The translations under genes were made by a program, and so were the position numbers. This document shows, one piece after another, positions 16,201-17,360 of a stretch of DNA of 17,360 nt; the stretch's first letter is position 1; the number at the start of each line of letters is the position of its first letter. The notes under the pieces were generated by a model, which saw only the letters and a program-made list of their open reading frames with translations, searched no databases and had not been told where the DNA came from. The stretch is from Candidatus Hermodarchaeota archaeon. Its GTDB lineage: Archaea; Asgardarchaeota; Lokiarchaeia; Sigyniarchaeales; SOKP01. The stretch spans positions 1-17,360 of the forward strand of contig JBHLLG010000057.1 of the NCBI GenBank assembly GCA_048885925.1, in the 5' to 3' direction.

Positions 16201-17360
16201 GTGGTTTCTACATTTAATTATCCTCCTGAAGAAATAATTAAACCTATTTTTGGAAAACCTAATTACGAATTTATTATCCTATGGATTTTAAATAATAACA
16301 AGACTTGTACATGGGCCAACTTGAAAAAAAAAGTTAAACATTCAACGTTATCAATCTACTTAAACAGACTTAAGGATAAGGGACATGTTGAAAAAAGTAC
16401 CTTCAATCAATATACCATTACATCAAAAGGGAAGGATAGATATTATGAATTATCTGAAGCAACTCAAAAAAAGCGAAAATTAAGTTACCCTCCTAAAGCT
16501 ATACTTAGAAGGAGGAACTATGATCACTGGATTCTTTGGATGGTTTATAATAATAATTATTGCAAATGGTCTGATTTTCTTGAACCTCCTCTAGCTATTA
16601 ATCAATCATCATTATCTAAAAATTTGAATTCATTAATAGACAAAGAATTTTTGAGAAAGGAAGAAAAAGAATATAGAATTACTAGATTAGGTAAAACAGA
16701 ATATTCAAATGTTTTAAGATTATATGATTTAGATAGACAATCTGTCTTAGAGGAAGAGGGTAAACGGATTAAAGAAATCACAAAAAAGACAATTAATTTT
16801 TTTAAAGAATATAAAATAACAGATAAAGATATTAAATTCCGGTTTTTAACTAATATTTTAAAGCTACCGTATGATAGAGTCAATTCTATTTTAGATAATG
16901 AAGAAGAATATAACAAGATTTTACTTTATCTTTCTATAAATCATCCAAATCAATTTCCTAAATACGTATCTCCAGAGGAATTTTCTAAAAAGCATGATAT
17001 CAATCTTGTAAAACTAAATTTTGTTATTCTTCGAATTGTAGAAGAAAATATCTTCCCAATAAAATTTTTTAAACTTGTATTGAATGATGGGAAAACCTTT
17101 TATTTTCAAGCTAATGAAAAAATAGAAAGAATGCTTAATGCTGTTGTTGAGGACCATATTACAAAATTTTCATATTTGAACAATTTATATGAGGAAACAC
17201 CAAGAGAGACCTCTCCTTTAACAATGGAAAGCACAGTCACATCGATTTTGGATGAAATTTGTGGTGTAATTTACAACGAGGGCCTAAAAGAATCATTAAA
17301 AAATTTTTTACCAGGTTATATTAATTATCTAGCTTATAAAATTGAGAGAGAGAGAAAGTT
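16201..17360 (+). CDS. Tandem winged-helix protein, 3' partial (absent from the ORF track)
   Basis: GTG at 16201 after GGGAG, frame open to the window end. Internal repeat NYPP..NYEFIILWILNNN..CTW..STLSIYLNRLKDKG..YTITSKG / SYPP..NYDHWILWMVYNNN.CKW..SSLSKNLNSLIDKE..YRITRLG. Confidence 0.85.
   Translation, partial: MVSTFNYPPEEIIKPIFGKPNYEFIILWILNNNKTCTWANLKKKVKHSTLSIYLNRLKDKGHVEKSTFNQYTITSKGKDRYYELSEATQKKRKLSYPPKAILRRRNYDHWILWMVYNNNYCKWSDFLEPPLAINQSSLSKNLNSLIDKEFLRKEEKEYRITRLGKTEYSNVLRLYDLDRQSVLEEEGKRIKEITKKTINFFKEYKITDKDIKFRFLTNILKLPYDRVNSILDNEEEYNKILLYLSINHPNQFPKYVSPEEFSKKHDINLVKLNFVILRIVEENIFPIKFFKLVLNDGKTFYFQANEKIERMLNAVVEDHITKFSYLNNLYEETPRETSPLTMESTVTSILDEICGVIYNEGLKESLKNFLPGYINYLAYKIERERK

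Noticed and set aside
16602-16916. 104-aa minus-strand ORF
   Set aside because: Antisense to the long open wHTH frame starting at 16201.
1-17360. CRISPR arrays, tRNA/rRNA, transposases or integrases
   Set aside because: No regularly spaced short repeats, GC-rich structured RNA segments or mobile-element motifs seen by eye.

Overview
AT-rich archaeal DNA whose gene content (two Rab-like small GTPases, a TPR protein with a longin-like C-terminus, GAGGTG(A) ribosome-binding sites, a stand-alone GMP synthase B subunit) points to an Asgard archaeon, most likely Lokiarchaeia (inference). The left half is mostly metabolic: GH20 hexosaminidase (5' partial), GMP synthase ATPPase subunit, pirin, amidohydrolase, HEAT protein, Rab-like GTPase plus TrmB-like regulator, and an AbfD-like Fe-S/FAD dehydratase. 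The most interesting part is 11262-14600 on the minus strand. A 745-aa B12-binding radical SAM enzyme with a C-terminal SPASM-like Cys cluster lies directly downstream of two tandem paralogous ~85-aa Cys-containing proteins ending in LG[YH]WVTAG. Each small gene sits in a duplicated ~550-bp unit with its own conserved promoter, an ATGTAA-N14-TTACAT palindrome and an oligo-T terminator. This is a candidate Asgard RiPP or small-protein modification system. Several genes appear to use non-canonical starts (ATA, CTG, ATT). The ORF track misses two likely genes: 14911-15177 (-) and 16201->17360 (+, tandem winged helix).
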